From assembly GCA_021158595.1 (NCBI GenBank), contig JAGGUF010000079.1, forward strand, positions 1-34,801: 34,801 nucleotides of DNA, given 5' to 3'. A program made the translations under genes and the position numbers. The stretch is from a bacterium (lineage in GTDB: Bacteria; Patescibacteriota; Minisyncoccia; Minisyncoccales; GCA-002788555). This document shows, piece by piece, positions 13,888-22,228 of this stretch (within the stretch, counting starts at the first letter, position 1; every line of letters begins with the position of its first letter). Under the pieces are notes generated by a model. That model had not been told where the DNA came from, searched no databases, and saw only the letters and a program-made list of their open reading frames with translations.

Positions 13888-13922
13888 AAGGGGTTTACAT
13901 ATTTTTACCCCTTTTTATTTTT
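13888..13922. terminator. Candidate bidirectional terminator overlapping the ppsA stop
   Basis: The sequence is AAGGGGT, a 12-nt loop, then ACCCCTT, followed by TTTATTTTT on the plus strand. An A/T-rich run also follows on the minus strand. Confidence 0.4.
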
Positions 13923-16306
13923 CTCTCTTGTTCGGCTACCAGTAACTTTGTCCTTACAGCAACATCAGGATTAACAGAAATGCTCTCAATTCCACAATCA
14001 ATTAAAAATCTTGTAAACTCAGGAAATGTTGATGGAGCATCGCCACAGATTCCAGAGTATTTCTTCTGTTTTCTACACTCTTTTATGGCTTCTCTTATTA
14101 ATCTCTTCACTGCTTCATTTCTCTCATTGCCTACATGAGCAATAATAGCATTGTCTCTATCTAATCCTAAGGTTAACTGGGTGAGATCATTGGAACCTAT
14201 AGAAAAACCATCAAAAATTTTAAGAAATTCTTTGGCTAAAATCACATTTGAGGGAATCTCACACATTACATAGACCTTAAGATCATTTTTTCCTCGCTCC
14301 AGGCCTGCTTTCTTCATTAAAAGAAGCACCTTCTTCCCTTCCTCTACTGTTCTACAAAAGGGAACCATAGGAACGATATTTTTCAATCCATACTCCTCTC
14401 TCGCTTTTTTAATGGCTTTACATTCAAGCAAAAATGCCTCTTTAAACTCTTCTGAATAATACCTTGAGGCACCCCGCCAGCCAATCATTGGATTTGGTTC
14501 TTTTGGCTCAAATTTATCTCCTCCTATCAGTTGGGCATATTCGTTGCTTTTAAAATCAGAGAAACGAACAATAACCTCTCTGGGATAAAAGGCAGTAGCA
14601 ATTCGACTTATTCCCTGAGCCAACTTTTCAACAAAAAATTGCTTCTTGTCTTTCCAGGGGGCAGTGATTTTTTCTATTTCTTTCTTTGTTTTTTTATCCA
14701 GTTTTTCAAAATTCAAAAGAGCCAAAGGATGAACCCTTATCTCAGAAGCAAAGATAAACTCTTCTCTCGCCAAGCCTATCCCATCTACTGGTAAAAATGA
14801 AGACCTAAAGGCAATATCCGGAGAACCAATATTCAAGCAGACCCTTGTTTTGGTTTTAGGAATCTCATCTAATCTATGTTCAATCTTCTTAAAAGGAATC
14901 TTTCCTTTATAGACAAAACCTTCTTCTCCTTTTGAACAATCAATGGTAATCTCTTGGTTTTGAGAAATAACCTCTGTTCCGTTTTTTGTTCCCACAATAC
15001 AAGGAATACCTAACTCTCGAGAAATAATAGCGGCATGGCAGGTTCTTCCTCCTGAATCAGTAACAATTCCGGAGGCTATCTTCATAATAGGTTCCCAATC
15101 TGGATCCGTAATTTTTGTCACCAATATTTCTCCTTTCTTAAATTTTCCAATCTCTTTTACATCCTTTATAATATTTGCTCTCCCTTGACCAATCTTCTCA
15201 CCAATAGATATTCCTTTGGTTAGAATCTTCCCTTTTCCTTCAAGGCGATACTCTATCAAACTCTTTCTTTCCCTTGCCCCATGAACTGTCTCTGGTCTGG
15301 CTTGAATTAAAAACAATCCTCCACTTTTCCCATCTTTTGCCCATTCTAAATCCATCGGTTGGTGTCTGCCTGCTCTTTTTGAATAGTGTCTCTCCACCTT
15401 TACTCCCCACTCGGCTAACTTCAAAATTTCATTATCTGAAAGAGTAAATTTCCTTTGATCTTGGGAAGGAACGTTTACTATCTTTGTGGTAACCTTATCC
15501 CTTCTTTTTGCATATATCATCTTCTTTCTCTTTGTTCCTAACTCCTTCCTAATAATTGCCGGATAGCCTTTTAAAAGGAGTTTTTTGGCTACCAAAAACT
15601 CATCTGGAATAATTTTTCCCTGGACAATCATCTCTCCTAGTCCCCAGGTACCATTAATCAAAACCACATCAGGAAAGCCGCTTTCTGTATCTAAGGTAAA
15701 CATTACTCCAGAACAACCCAGGTCAGAGCGAACCATTTTTTGAACTCCTACCGACAAAGCCACCTTCATATGATTAAACCCCTTTTCTTCTCTGTAAGAA
15801 ATGGCTCGAGGGGTAAACAAAGAAGCCATACACCTTTTTACTGCCAAAAGAAGGTTTTTTTCTCCTCGAATGTTTAAATAGGTCTCATGAAGACCGGCAA
15901 AACTTGCTCCAGGAAGATCCTCAGCAGTGGCACTTGAGCGAACTGCTACATCAGTAGATTTTTCTCCATATTCCTCACTCAATTTTTGATAAGATTCCAA
16001 AATTTCCTTCTCCAGGTTTAAAGGGAAGGGAGTTTTTAAAATTAGGTCTCTGATCTGCTTTGACCTTCTGTGCAAATTTCTTACATTTTTAACATCAATC
16101 TCTGAAAGAGTTTTTTCTATCTTATCCTTAATCTTTCCTTTTTTAAGGAAATCAAAATAAGCAGCAGCAGTTATAGCAAAACCATCAGGGACAGTTACTC
16201 CTTCTTTCTTAAGAGCACCTATCATCTCTCCTAAGGAAGCATTCTTTCCTCCAACAGAAGGTACATCCTCTAAGGTAATATCTTTAAACCAAAGGATAGA
16301 CTTCAT
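13895..16306 (-). CDS. ppsA: Phosphoenolpyruvate synthase (pyruvate, water dikinase)
   Basis: 803 aa. It has the N-terminal VGGKNASLGEM motif, the phosphohistidine swivel motif GGRTCHAAIISRELGIPCIVG, and a C-terminal PEP-utilizing TIM-barrel segment FFSIGSNDLTQLTLG-like (GFSIGSNDLTQLTLGLDRD). Confidence 0.95.
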   Translation of the reverse strand: MKSILWFKDITLEDVPSVGGKNASLGEMIGALKKEGVTVPDGFAITAAAYFDFLKKGKIKDKIEKTLSEIDVKNVRNLHRRSKQIRDLILKTPFPLNLEKEILESYQKLSEEYGEKSTDVAVRSSATAEDLPGASFAGLHETYLNIRGEKNLLLAVKRCMASLFTPRAISYREEKGFNHMKVALSVGVQKMVRSDLGCSGVMFTLDTESGFPDVVLINGTWGLGEMIVQGKIIPDEFLVAKKLLLKGYPAIIRKELGTKRKKMIYAKRRDKVTTKIVNVPSQDQRKFTLSDNEILKLAEWGVKVERHYSKRAGRHQPMDLEWAKDGKSGGLFLIQARPETVHGARERKSLIEYRLEGKGKILTKGISIGEKIGQGRANIIKDVKEIGKFKKGEILVTKITDPDWEPIMKIASGIVTDSGGRTCHAAIISRELGIPCIVGTKNGTEVISQNQEITIDCSKGEEGFVYKGKIPFKKIEHRLDEIPKTKTRVCLNIGSPDIAFRSSFLPVDGIGLAREEFIFASEIRVHPLALLNFEKLDKKTKKEIEKITAPWKDKKQFFVEKLAQGISRIATAFYPREVIVRFSDFKSNEYAQLIGGDKFEPKEPNPMIGWRGASRYYSEEFKEAFLLECKAIKKAREEYGLKNIVPMVPFCRTVEEGKKVLLLMKKAGLERGKNDLKVYVMCEIPSNVILAKEFLKIFDGFSIGSNDLTQLTLGLDRDNAIIAHVGNERNEAVKRLIREAIKECRKQKKYSGICGDAPSTFPEFTRFLIDCGIESISVNPDVAVRTKLLVAEQERKIKRGKNM

Positions 16307-16318
16307 AATAAAGAAAAA

Positions 16319-16624
16319 TTATTTCTTTTCTTTTTTATCCTCTTCTCTCTTTTTTCTTTTAGCACTTATTTTTATCTTTCTTTTTCGACCTTTGATTATT
16401 CCCTTTTTGACCAAAAGGTTCCATACCGTATCTGATGTCTGGGCTCCTCTTTCTAACCAATATTTTATTCTCTCTGTTTTTAAGGTATTTCTTTTTGTTC
16501 TTGGATCCAAAAATCCGAGTTTCTCAATATACTTACCTTTGGGAGAAGACTTTTTCTCAGTGAGAACCACCTTAAAAAATGCCTGATTTCTTTTTCCTGT
16601 TCTTTGAAGTCGAATTATTAACAT
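16319..16624 (-). CDS. rpsP: 30S ribosomal protein S16 with Lys-rich C-terminal tail
   Basis: MLIIRLQRTGKRNQAFFKVVL matches the S16 N-terminus. I prefer the ATG at 16624 over the TTG at 16633 given in the ORF track. The tail reads RKRKIKISAKRKKREEDKKEKK. Confidence 0.9.
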   Translation of the reverse strand: MLIIRLQRTGKRNQAFFKVVLTEKKSSPKGKYIEKLGFLDPRTKRNTLKTERIKYWLERGAQTSDTVWNLLVKKGIIKGRKRKIKISAKRKKREEDKKEKK

Positions 16625-16645
16625 ATCCAACAATGTTATGTTTAG

Positions 16646-17347
16646 TTAAAGATTTTTTAGGGCTTCTCTTGCCGCTTCTTCCTCTGCTTCCTGTTTAGAA
16701 AATCCATGGCCTTTGGCAATAAGTTTTTTGCCCAAATATACTCCTACCAAAAACTCTCGTCGATGATCCGGTCCCCACTCTTTTAGGGTGGAGTAGGTAG
16801 GAGTAATAGCGAACCTTTCTTGAGCAAGTTCTTGAAACTGACTTTTTGGATCTCGAATCTCTCCCTTCTGAAGAATTTCTGGAAGATGGACCAAGATATT
16901 GTTTTTAACAAACTCCTTTGCCCTCTCTATCCCTTGGTCAAGATAGATGGCTCCAATAATTGCTTCCATCGTATTTTCTAAAATTGAAATTCTTGCTCTT
17001 CCCTTATCCTTTTCCTCCCCTTTTGACAAAAGGAGATAATTCTCAATCTTAAGAGTCCTTGCCACCTCTGCAAGGCGTTGAGAATTAACAAGGGCGGCTC
17101 GAAGAGCCGTTAGTTCTCCTTCAGGCTTGTTCTTAAAACTTTTATATAAATAGTCGGTTACCAAAAACTCAAGAACTGCATCTCCCAAAAACTCTAATCT
17201 CTCATTGTGTTCTTGAGGAACATTTGGGTGTTCATTCAAATAAGACCTATGGGTAAGGGCTGTTCTTATAAGATTTTTGTTTTTAAAATGAACTCCCAAA
17301 ATCTCCTCAAGGCTTGTCAAATTATCTATCTTGTTGTTCATTATCAT
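16646..17347 (-). CDS. rnc: Ribonuclease III
   Basis: 233 aa with the signature [12 protein letters not shown] and a C-terminal dsRBD (GPDHRREF...[14 protein letters not shown]). Confidence 0.95.
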   Translation of the reverse strand: MIMNNKIDNLTSLEEILGVHFKNKNLIRTALTHRSYLNEHPNVPQEHNERLEFLGDAVLEFLVTDYLYKSFKNKPEGELTALRAALVNSQRLAEVARTLKIENYLLLSKGEEKDKGRARISILENTMEAIIGAIYLDQGIERAKEFVKNNILVHLPEILQKGEIRDPKSQFQELAQERFAITPTYSTLKEWGPDHRREFLVGVYLGKKLIAKGHGFSKQEAEEEAAREALKNL

Positions 17348-17768
17348 TTTTCTTTAATTGATTATATACTGTTCCTAATGCCCCATTTACAAATTTTCCT
17401 GAACTCTCTCCGCTGAAGGTCTTGGCAAGTTCAATGGCTTCATTGATTGCCACCTTCGGCGGCACCTCCTTTCTATCACCAAAAATTAACTCATATACCC
17501 CAATGCGTAAGATATTTCTATCAATAATATTTATTTTGGAAATAGGCCATTGAGGAGCTGAGTCTTTAATAATCTTATCAATCTTGGAAAGGTTTTTAAT
17601 AATACCAAAAACTATTTTTTTTGTAAAATTGCTATCTTCCATTCCTGTTCCAAATTCCTTAAGATTCCGCTCTACCACTTCTTTAAGTTCTTTCTCTGAT
17701 AGATTCCGAAAGTCCCATTCATAAAGTGACTGCATAGCAATAACTCGGGAAAGGTGCCGATAAGCCAT
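17322..17768 (-). CDS. nusB: Transcription antitermination factor NusB
   Basis: 148 aa with [12 protein letters not shown] and [11 protein letters not shown] motifs. Its 3' end overlaps the rnc start by 26 nt. Confidence 0.85.
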   Translation of the reverse strand: MAYRHLSRVIAMQSLYEWDFRNLSEKELKEVVERNLKEFGTGMEDSNFTKKIVFGIIKNLSKIDKIIKDSAPQWPISKINIIDRNILRIGVYELIFGDRKEVPPKVAINEAIELAKTFSGESSGKFVNGALGTVYNQLKKNDNEQQDR

Positions 17769-17825
17769 AAAACTTTTGTTTTTAAAGAGGAATAAAATTT
17801 ATTTGAGATTTTTTGGTGTTAAAAT

Positions 17826-18110
17826 TTACTTCTTTGATAGTTCCTCCATTGTCAAGGATTTTTTCTTTCTTGTTTCTCTCTCTGCTTGGGCCAACTCTTT
17901 CTGTTTTTCTTTTCTTTCTTTCTTTTCTAATTTCTTAAGAACATCAATCACCTCTCTTTCTTTATAATAGCCACAATTTAAACACACATGATGAGGAATA
18001 ACTGGTTTTCCACATTTGGGACATAGGGAAAATAACTGAGGTTTTAAGGCAAGATGAGACCTTCTTTTGTTTCTTCTTGATTTGGTATGACGCTGTTTTG
18101 GAACAGGCAT
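17826..18110 (-). CDS. rpmF: 50S ribosomal protein L32 with about 35-aa Lys/Glu-rich C-terminal extension
   Basis: It has MPVPKQRHTKSRRNKRRSH and the zinc ribbon CPKCG...CLNCGYY. This is followed by KEREVIDVLKKLEKKERKEKQKELAQAERETRKKK. Confidence 0.9.
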   Translation of the reverse strand: MPVPKQRHTKSRRNKRRSHLALKPQLFSLCPKCGKPVIPHHVCLNCGYYKEREVIDVLKKLEKKERKEKQKELAQAERETRKKKSLTMEELSKK

Positions 18111-18112
18111 AG

Positions 18113-18225
18113 GAAACTTGTGGAAAATTACTAACCACTTTGGTAACAGTCTAACTCCATAATCTTTCCCCTCCCAAAGGAAGGGAGAAGATATAGGCGG
18201 AAGGACAACCTGTGGAAATATTATT
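18113..18225 (-). repeat. Repeat-family copy 5 (inverted orientation, degenerate core)
   Basis: The terminal block AATTACTAACCACTTTGGTAAC lies at 18126-18147. The hairpin remnant CTTTCCCCTCCC-AAAG-GAAGGGAGAAGATATAGGCGGAAGG follows. The element is flanked by near-identical TGTGGAAAATTA (18120) and TGTGGAAATATTA (18211). Confidence 0.65.
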
Positions 18226-18245
18226 TTGAGAATAACAAATTTCTT

Positions 18246-18920
18246 TTATTTTTGCAAATTCTTTATGGGAGCAAAACTCCTTCTATGAATTTTAGAAGGT
18301 CCATATTGATAAAGTCTGTTAAAATGCAATCTTGTCCCATATCCCTTATGTTTGTCAAATCCATATTGGGGATATTTCTTATGATATCTAAACATTATGT
18401 TATCTCGATAAACCTTAGCAATAATAGAAGCCATAGCACAGGAAAGAATTTTCTCATCTGCCCTGATTATCGATTTTTGAGGGAGGTTTAAATTGAGTTT
18501 AAAATTTCCATCAAGAATAAGAAAAACATCATTACTAAAAATGGAAGTTTGAAAATTGAAAATTTTTCTTAAGGCTCTTTCCATTGCTAATTTAGTCGCT
18601 TCTAAAATGTTAATTTTATCAATCATTCCTGAATCCACCCTTCCTATCCCCCACTCTATATTCGGATGATTAATTAAAATTTTGTAAAGATCCTCTCTTT
18701 TTGAGGGGATTAATTTTTTCGAATCCTTAATTTCTTTTAATAAATCTTGCATTTTATATTTTGATCTTACATTTTGATTTTTAATTTTTGGACTTATCAC
18801 TACTGCTGCTCCCACCACCGGTCCTGCCAATGCTCCCCGACCTACCTCATCCAAACCTACCACAAATCTATATCCCCTCCTCCATAAACTTTTCTCTTGT
18901 TGAAAGTTAGGAAATTTCAT
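18246..18920 (-). CDS. rnhB: Ribonuclease HII
   Basis: 224 aa with GLDEVGRGALAGPVV (catalytic DE), DSKKL, and a C-terminal KGYGT motif. Confidence 0.9.
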   Translation of the reverse strand: MKFPNFQQEKSLWRRGYRFVVGLDEVGRGALAGPVVGAAVVISPKIKNQNVRSKYKMQDLLKEIKDSKKLIPSKREDLYKILINHPNIEWGIGRVDSGMIDKINILEATKLAMERALRKIFNFQTSIFSNDVFLILDGNFKLNLNLPQKSIIRADEKILSCAMASIIAKVYRDNIMFRYHKKYPQYGFDKHKGYGTRLHFNRLYQYGPSKIHRRSFAPIKNLQK

Positions 18921-18928
18921 AGTATAAT
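18900..18928 (+). promoter_or_regulatory. Candidate dnaE promoter inside the 5' end of divergent rnhB
   Basis: TTGAAA, an exact 17-nt spacer, then TATAAT. The -10 ends 25 nt before the preferred dnaE ATG at 18954. Confidence 0.5.
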
Positions 18929-18953
18929 GGTAGCCTTATTAAGAGAATCTTCT

Positions 18954-21900
18954 ATGAGGTTTACTCATCTACATGTACACTCTCATTACTCTCTTTTAGA
19001 TGGTCTGCCAAAAATTGATGAACTGTTAGATTATGTAAAGAAATTGGGAATGGATTCTGCCGCCTTAACAGACCATGGAGCACTGTATGGAGCAATTGAA
19101 TTTTATCAAAAAGCAAAGAAAAAGGGAATAAAGCCAATTATTGGGGAAGAGTTTTATATGGCTTATGAGAGAATGGATCAGCGACGACCAAACATTGATA
19201 ACAAAAGATATCACTTAGTGCTTCTGGCAAAGGATTTCACCGGATATCAAAATTTGGTCAAACTTACAACAAAGGCCTGGCTTGACGGGTTCTATTACAA
19301 ACCAAGAATTGATGAAAATCTATTAGAGCAACACTCAAAGGGAATTATTTGTTTGACCGGTTGTCTTCAAGGAAAGATCCCAAGACTAATTCTATCAGGA
19401 AAAATAGATGAAGCAGAAAAATTGGCTTTAAGATATAAGGACCTTTTTGGAAAGGATAATTTCTATCTTGAACTTCAATATCACCCCAATATTCCAGAAC
19501 AAAAAAAGGTAAACGAGGCTCTTATCCTTCTGTCGAAAAAACTAAAGATTCCTGTGGTAGCCACAAATGATGTTCATTATCTAAAAAAAGAGGATGCTAA
19601 GGCTCAAGATATTTTAATGTTAGTCAATACAGGTGCTAATCCTAATGATCCAGAAAGACTAACAATGATAAGTGACGACTTCTCATTTAGATCTCAAGAA
19701 GAAATGATAAGTTCTTTTCGAGATATCCCTGAAGCCATAGAAAATACCCAAAAGATAGTTCAGGAATGTAATTTAGAACTTCAATTGGGAAAGGTACAAT
19801 TACCTTATTTCAAGGTTCCAAACGGTAAATCTCCCGATGAATATCTTAGAGAACTTTGTCAGATTGGATTAAAAAAACGCAATCTAAAAGAGACTCCAGA
19901 AATTCGAAAAAGGTTAGAATATGAATTGACAGTAATCAAACAAACCGGTTTTGCTTCTTATTTTTTAATAGTGGCTGATTTTGTAAACTTCTCAAAAAGA
20001 AATGGCATTGTGGTAGGGCCGGGAAGGGGCTCGGTCGGCGGTTCTCTGGTTGCCTATCTTTTAAATATTACTGATATTAATCCCTTAAAATATAATCTTC
20101 TTTTTGAAAGGTTCTTAAATCCGGAAAGGAAGGCTGGACTTCCCGATATCGATCTTGACTTTACAGATACCAGACGGGATGAGGTAATAAATTATGTAGC
20201 AAAAAAATATGGCAGAGATAGGGTTTCTCAAATTATTACCTTTGGAACAATGGCAGCAAGACAGGTAATAAGGGATGTAGGAAGGGCGCTTGGATATAAC
20301 TATACCTATTGCGACCGAATTGCTAAAATGATTCCTTTCTTCTCTACTTTAAATGAGGCATTGGAAAAGGTAGAAGAGTTCCGCCAGGTCTATTATACTG
20401 ATCCCAAAGCAAGAAAAATGATCGATATTGGAAAGAAACTTGAGGGGGTAGCCCGGCATGCCTCCACCCATGCCTGTGGGGTGGTAATCTCAAATACTCC
20501 CTTAACAGACCTTATTCCTCTTCAACGGGCTTCTAAAAATGACCAGACCATTGTGACCCAATATGATATGTATTCCATCGAGGCCCTGGGACTTTTAAAA
20601 ATGGATTTTTTGGGACTAAAGAATCTAACGATCATTGAGGACACCTTAAAATTAATTAAAAAATTTCATCATATCGACATTGATATCTCTCATCTGCCCC
20701 TAAACGACAAAGAGACCTATAAACTCCTTCAACAGGGAAATACAACAGGGGTCTTCCAACTGGAAAGTGATGGTATGAAGCGTTATCTAAAAGAATTACA
20801 ACCTACTCAGTTCAAAGATATTATCGCTATGGTTGCTCTCTATCGGCCCGGACCAATGGAACTGATCCCGGAATATATCGCCAGAAAGAAGGGACAAAAG
20901 AAGATTATCTATTTGCATCCCAAACTGAAGCCCATTTTAAAAAACACCTATGGGGTAATGATCTTTCAAGAACAACTAATGCAGGTAGCCCAAAAACTTG
21001 CTGGATTCTCTTTGGGAGAGGCTGACATCTTAAGAAAGGCAGTAGGTAAAAAGATAAAAAGTCTTCTTCTTCAACAAAAAGAAAAGATGATAAAGGGAAT
21101 GATAAAAAATGGAATAGCAGAAGGGACGGCTCAAAAAATATGGAACTGGATTATACCTTTTGCCCGATATGGATTTAATGCCTCTCATGCTACTGCCTAT
21201 GCGATGATTGCTTATCAGACTGCCTACCTCAAGGCCCATTTTCCAATAGAATTTATGGCAGTTTTAATGAATAGTGAACAAAAAAATATTGATAGATTAA
21301 AAATTCTTCTCCAAGAAGCGAAAAAAATGAACATTAGTGTCTTGCCACCAGATATTAATGAAAGTAAATCAAAGTTTACTATTATTGATGATTCCACTAT
21401 TCGTTTTGGTTTAAGTGCCATTAAAAATGTAGGTTCTAATGTGGTAGAAAAGATTGAAGAAGAAAGAAAAAGAAGAGGAAACTATTCCTCAATTGAAGAT
21501 TTCATTGAAAGAATACCTGCTGAAGTTCTTAATAAAAAATCAATTGAAAGTTTGATAAAAGCAGGTGCTTTCGACAAATTGGAAGATCGCGGGAAACTTC
21601 TTTACAATCTTGAAAAAATCCTTGAATTTGGAAGAAGATGTCAACAGAGAAAGATGACTGGTGACGGCTCTCTTTTTGGAAAGAGAATAACCTTCAACAG
21701 TTTAAAATTAGAAGACAATCCCAACCCCCTAACAAAAAGAGAGAAACTTCTTTGGGAAAAAGAACTCTTAGGTGTATTTGTTTCCTCCCATCCTATGGAT
21801 GACCTTCAAGAAAAGATTAAAAATACCCTTCCCATCTCTGAGATCAATTCCTCTTTTACTTCTCAAAAGGTAAGAATTGCGGGGACAGTCTCTAAAATTC

Positions 21901-22109
21901 AGAAGGTAACTACAAAACAGGGAAAGCCAATGCTCTTTCTGGAAATTGAAGATCTCACAGGAAGAATTGAGGCTTTAATCTTCCCTGACATTCTTGAAGA
22001 AAATGCTCTTTTATTTCAGAATAACAAGATTTTAGAGATAAAAGGAAGGATATCAGACAAAGATGGGGTTCCAAAGATAATTGCGGAAAGGGTAAGAGAA
22101 GTTAAATAA
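18954..22109 (+). CDS. dnaE: DNA polymerase III alpha subunit (DnaE type)
   Basis: It has a PHP domain (FTHLHVHSHYSLLDG), polymerase core motifs (GPGRGSVGGSLVAYLL, PDIDLDF) and a C-terminal OB fold. The start is set at MRFTHLH, because the 19 extra codons in the ORF track overlap rnhB and the promoter. Confidence 0.95.
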   Translation: MRFTHLHVHSHYSLLDGLPKIDELLDYVKKLGMDSAALTDHGALYGAIEFYQKAKKKGIKPIIGEEFYMAYERMDQRRPNIDNKRYHLVLLAKDFTGYQNLVKLTTKAWLDGFYYKPRIDENLLEQHSKGIICLTGCLQGKIPRLILSGKIDEAEKLALRYKDLFGKDNFYLELQYHPNIPEQKKVNEALILLSKKLKIPVVATNDVHYLKKEDAKAQDILMLVNTGANPNDPERLTMISDDFSFRSQEEMISSFRDIPEAIENTQKIVQECNLELQLGKVQLPYFKVPNGKSPDEYLRELCQIGLKKRNLKETPEIRKRLEYELTVIKQTGFASYFLIVADFVNFSKRNGIVVGPGRGSVGGSLVAYLLNITDINPLKYNLLFERFLNPERKAGLPDIDLDFTDTRRDEVINYVAKKYGRDRVSQIITFGTMAARQVIRDVGRALGYNYTYCDRIAKMIPFFSTLNEALEKVEEFRQVYYTDPKARKMIDIGKKLEGVARHASTHACGVVISNTPLTDLIPLQRASKNDQTIVTQYDMYSIEALGLLKMDFLGLKNLTIIEDTLKLIKKFHHIDIDISHLPLNDKETYKLLQQGNTTGVFQLESDGMKRYLKELQPTQFKDIIAMVALYRPGPMELIPEYIARKKGQKKIIYLHPKLKPILKNTYGVMIFQEQLMQVAQKLAGFSLGEADILRKAVGKKIKSLLLQQKEKMIKGMIKNGIAEGTAQKIWNWIIPFARYGFNASHATAYAMIAYQTAYLKAHFPIEFMAVLMNSEQKNIDRLKILLQEAKKMNISVLPPDINESKSKFTIIDDSTIRFGLSAIKNVGSNVVEKIEEERKRRGNYSSIEDFIERIPAEVLNKKSIESLIKAGAFDKLEDRGKLLYNLEKILEFGRRCQQRKMTGDGSLFGKRITFNSLKLEDNPNPLTKREKLLWEKELLGVFVSSHPMDDLQEKIKNTLPISEINSSFTSQKVRIAGTVSKIQKVTTKQGKPMLFLEIEDLTGRIEALIFPDILEENALLFQNNKILEIKGRISDKDGVPKIIAERVREVK

Positions 22110-22213
22110 TTTGTACTGTCCAACCACTTTGATAATAAGCCTTCTGGTTTAATCCTCTTCAGGTGGGGGAGGGAAAATATCAGATTCTTGCCAAAATGAT
22201 CGGCAATTACAAA
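22110..22213 (+). mobile_element. Repeat-family copy 6: compact 104-bp MITE-like copy with both TIRs
   Basis: The left end is TTTGTACTGTCCAACCACTTTGATAA (22110-22135). The right end is TTGCCAAAATGATCGGCAATTACAAA (22188-22213). They match at 18 of 26 positions as inverted repeats. The core retains AATCCTCTTCAGGTGGGGGAGGGAAAATATCAGA. The element fills the dnaE-thrS spacer. Confidence 0.7.
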
Positions 22214-22228
22214 TAATTTAAGGTTTTT

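Noticed and set aside
18897-18953. Longer dnaE N-terminus (MLKVRKFHSIMVALLRESS...) and the longer ligA N-terminus (32900-32914)
   Set aside because: The dnaE extension overlaps the divergent rnhB coding region and the TTGAAA-17-TATAAT promoter, and homology starts at MRFTHLHVHS. The ligA extension uses a GTG inside a CGTGAA triple repeat, whereas a normal ATG follows 5 codons later.
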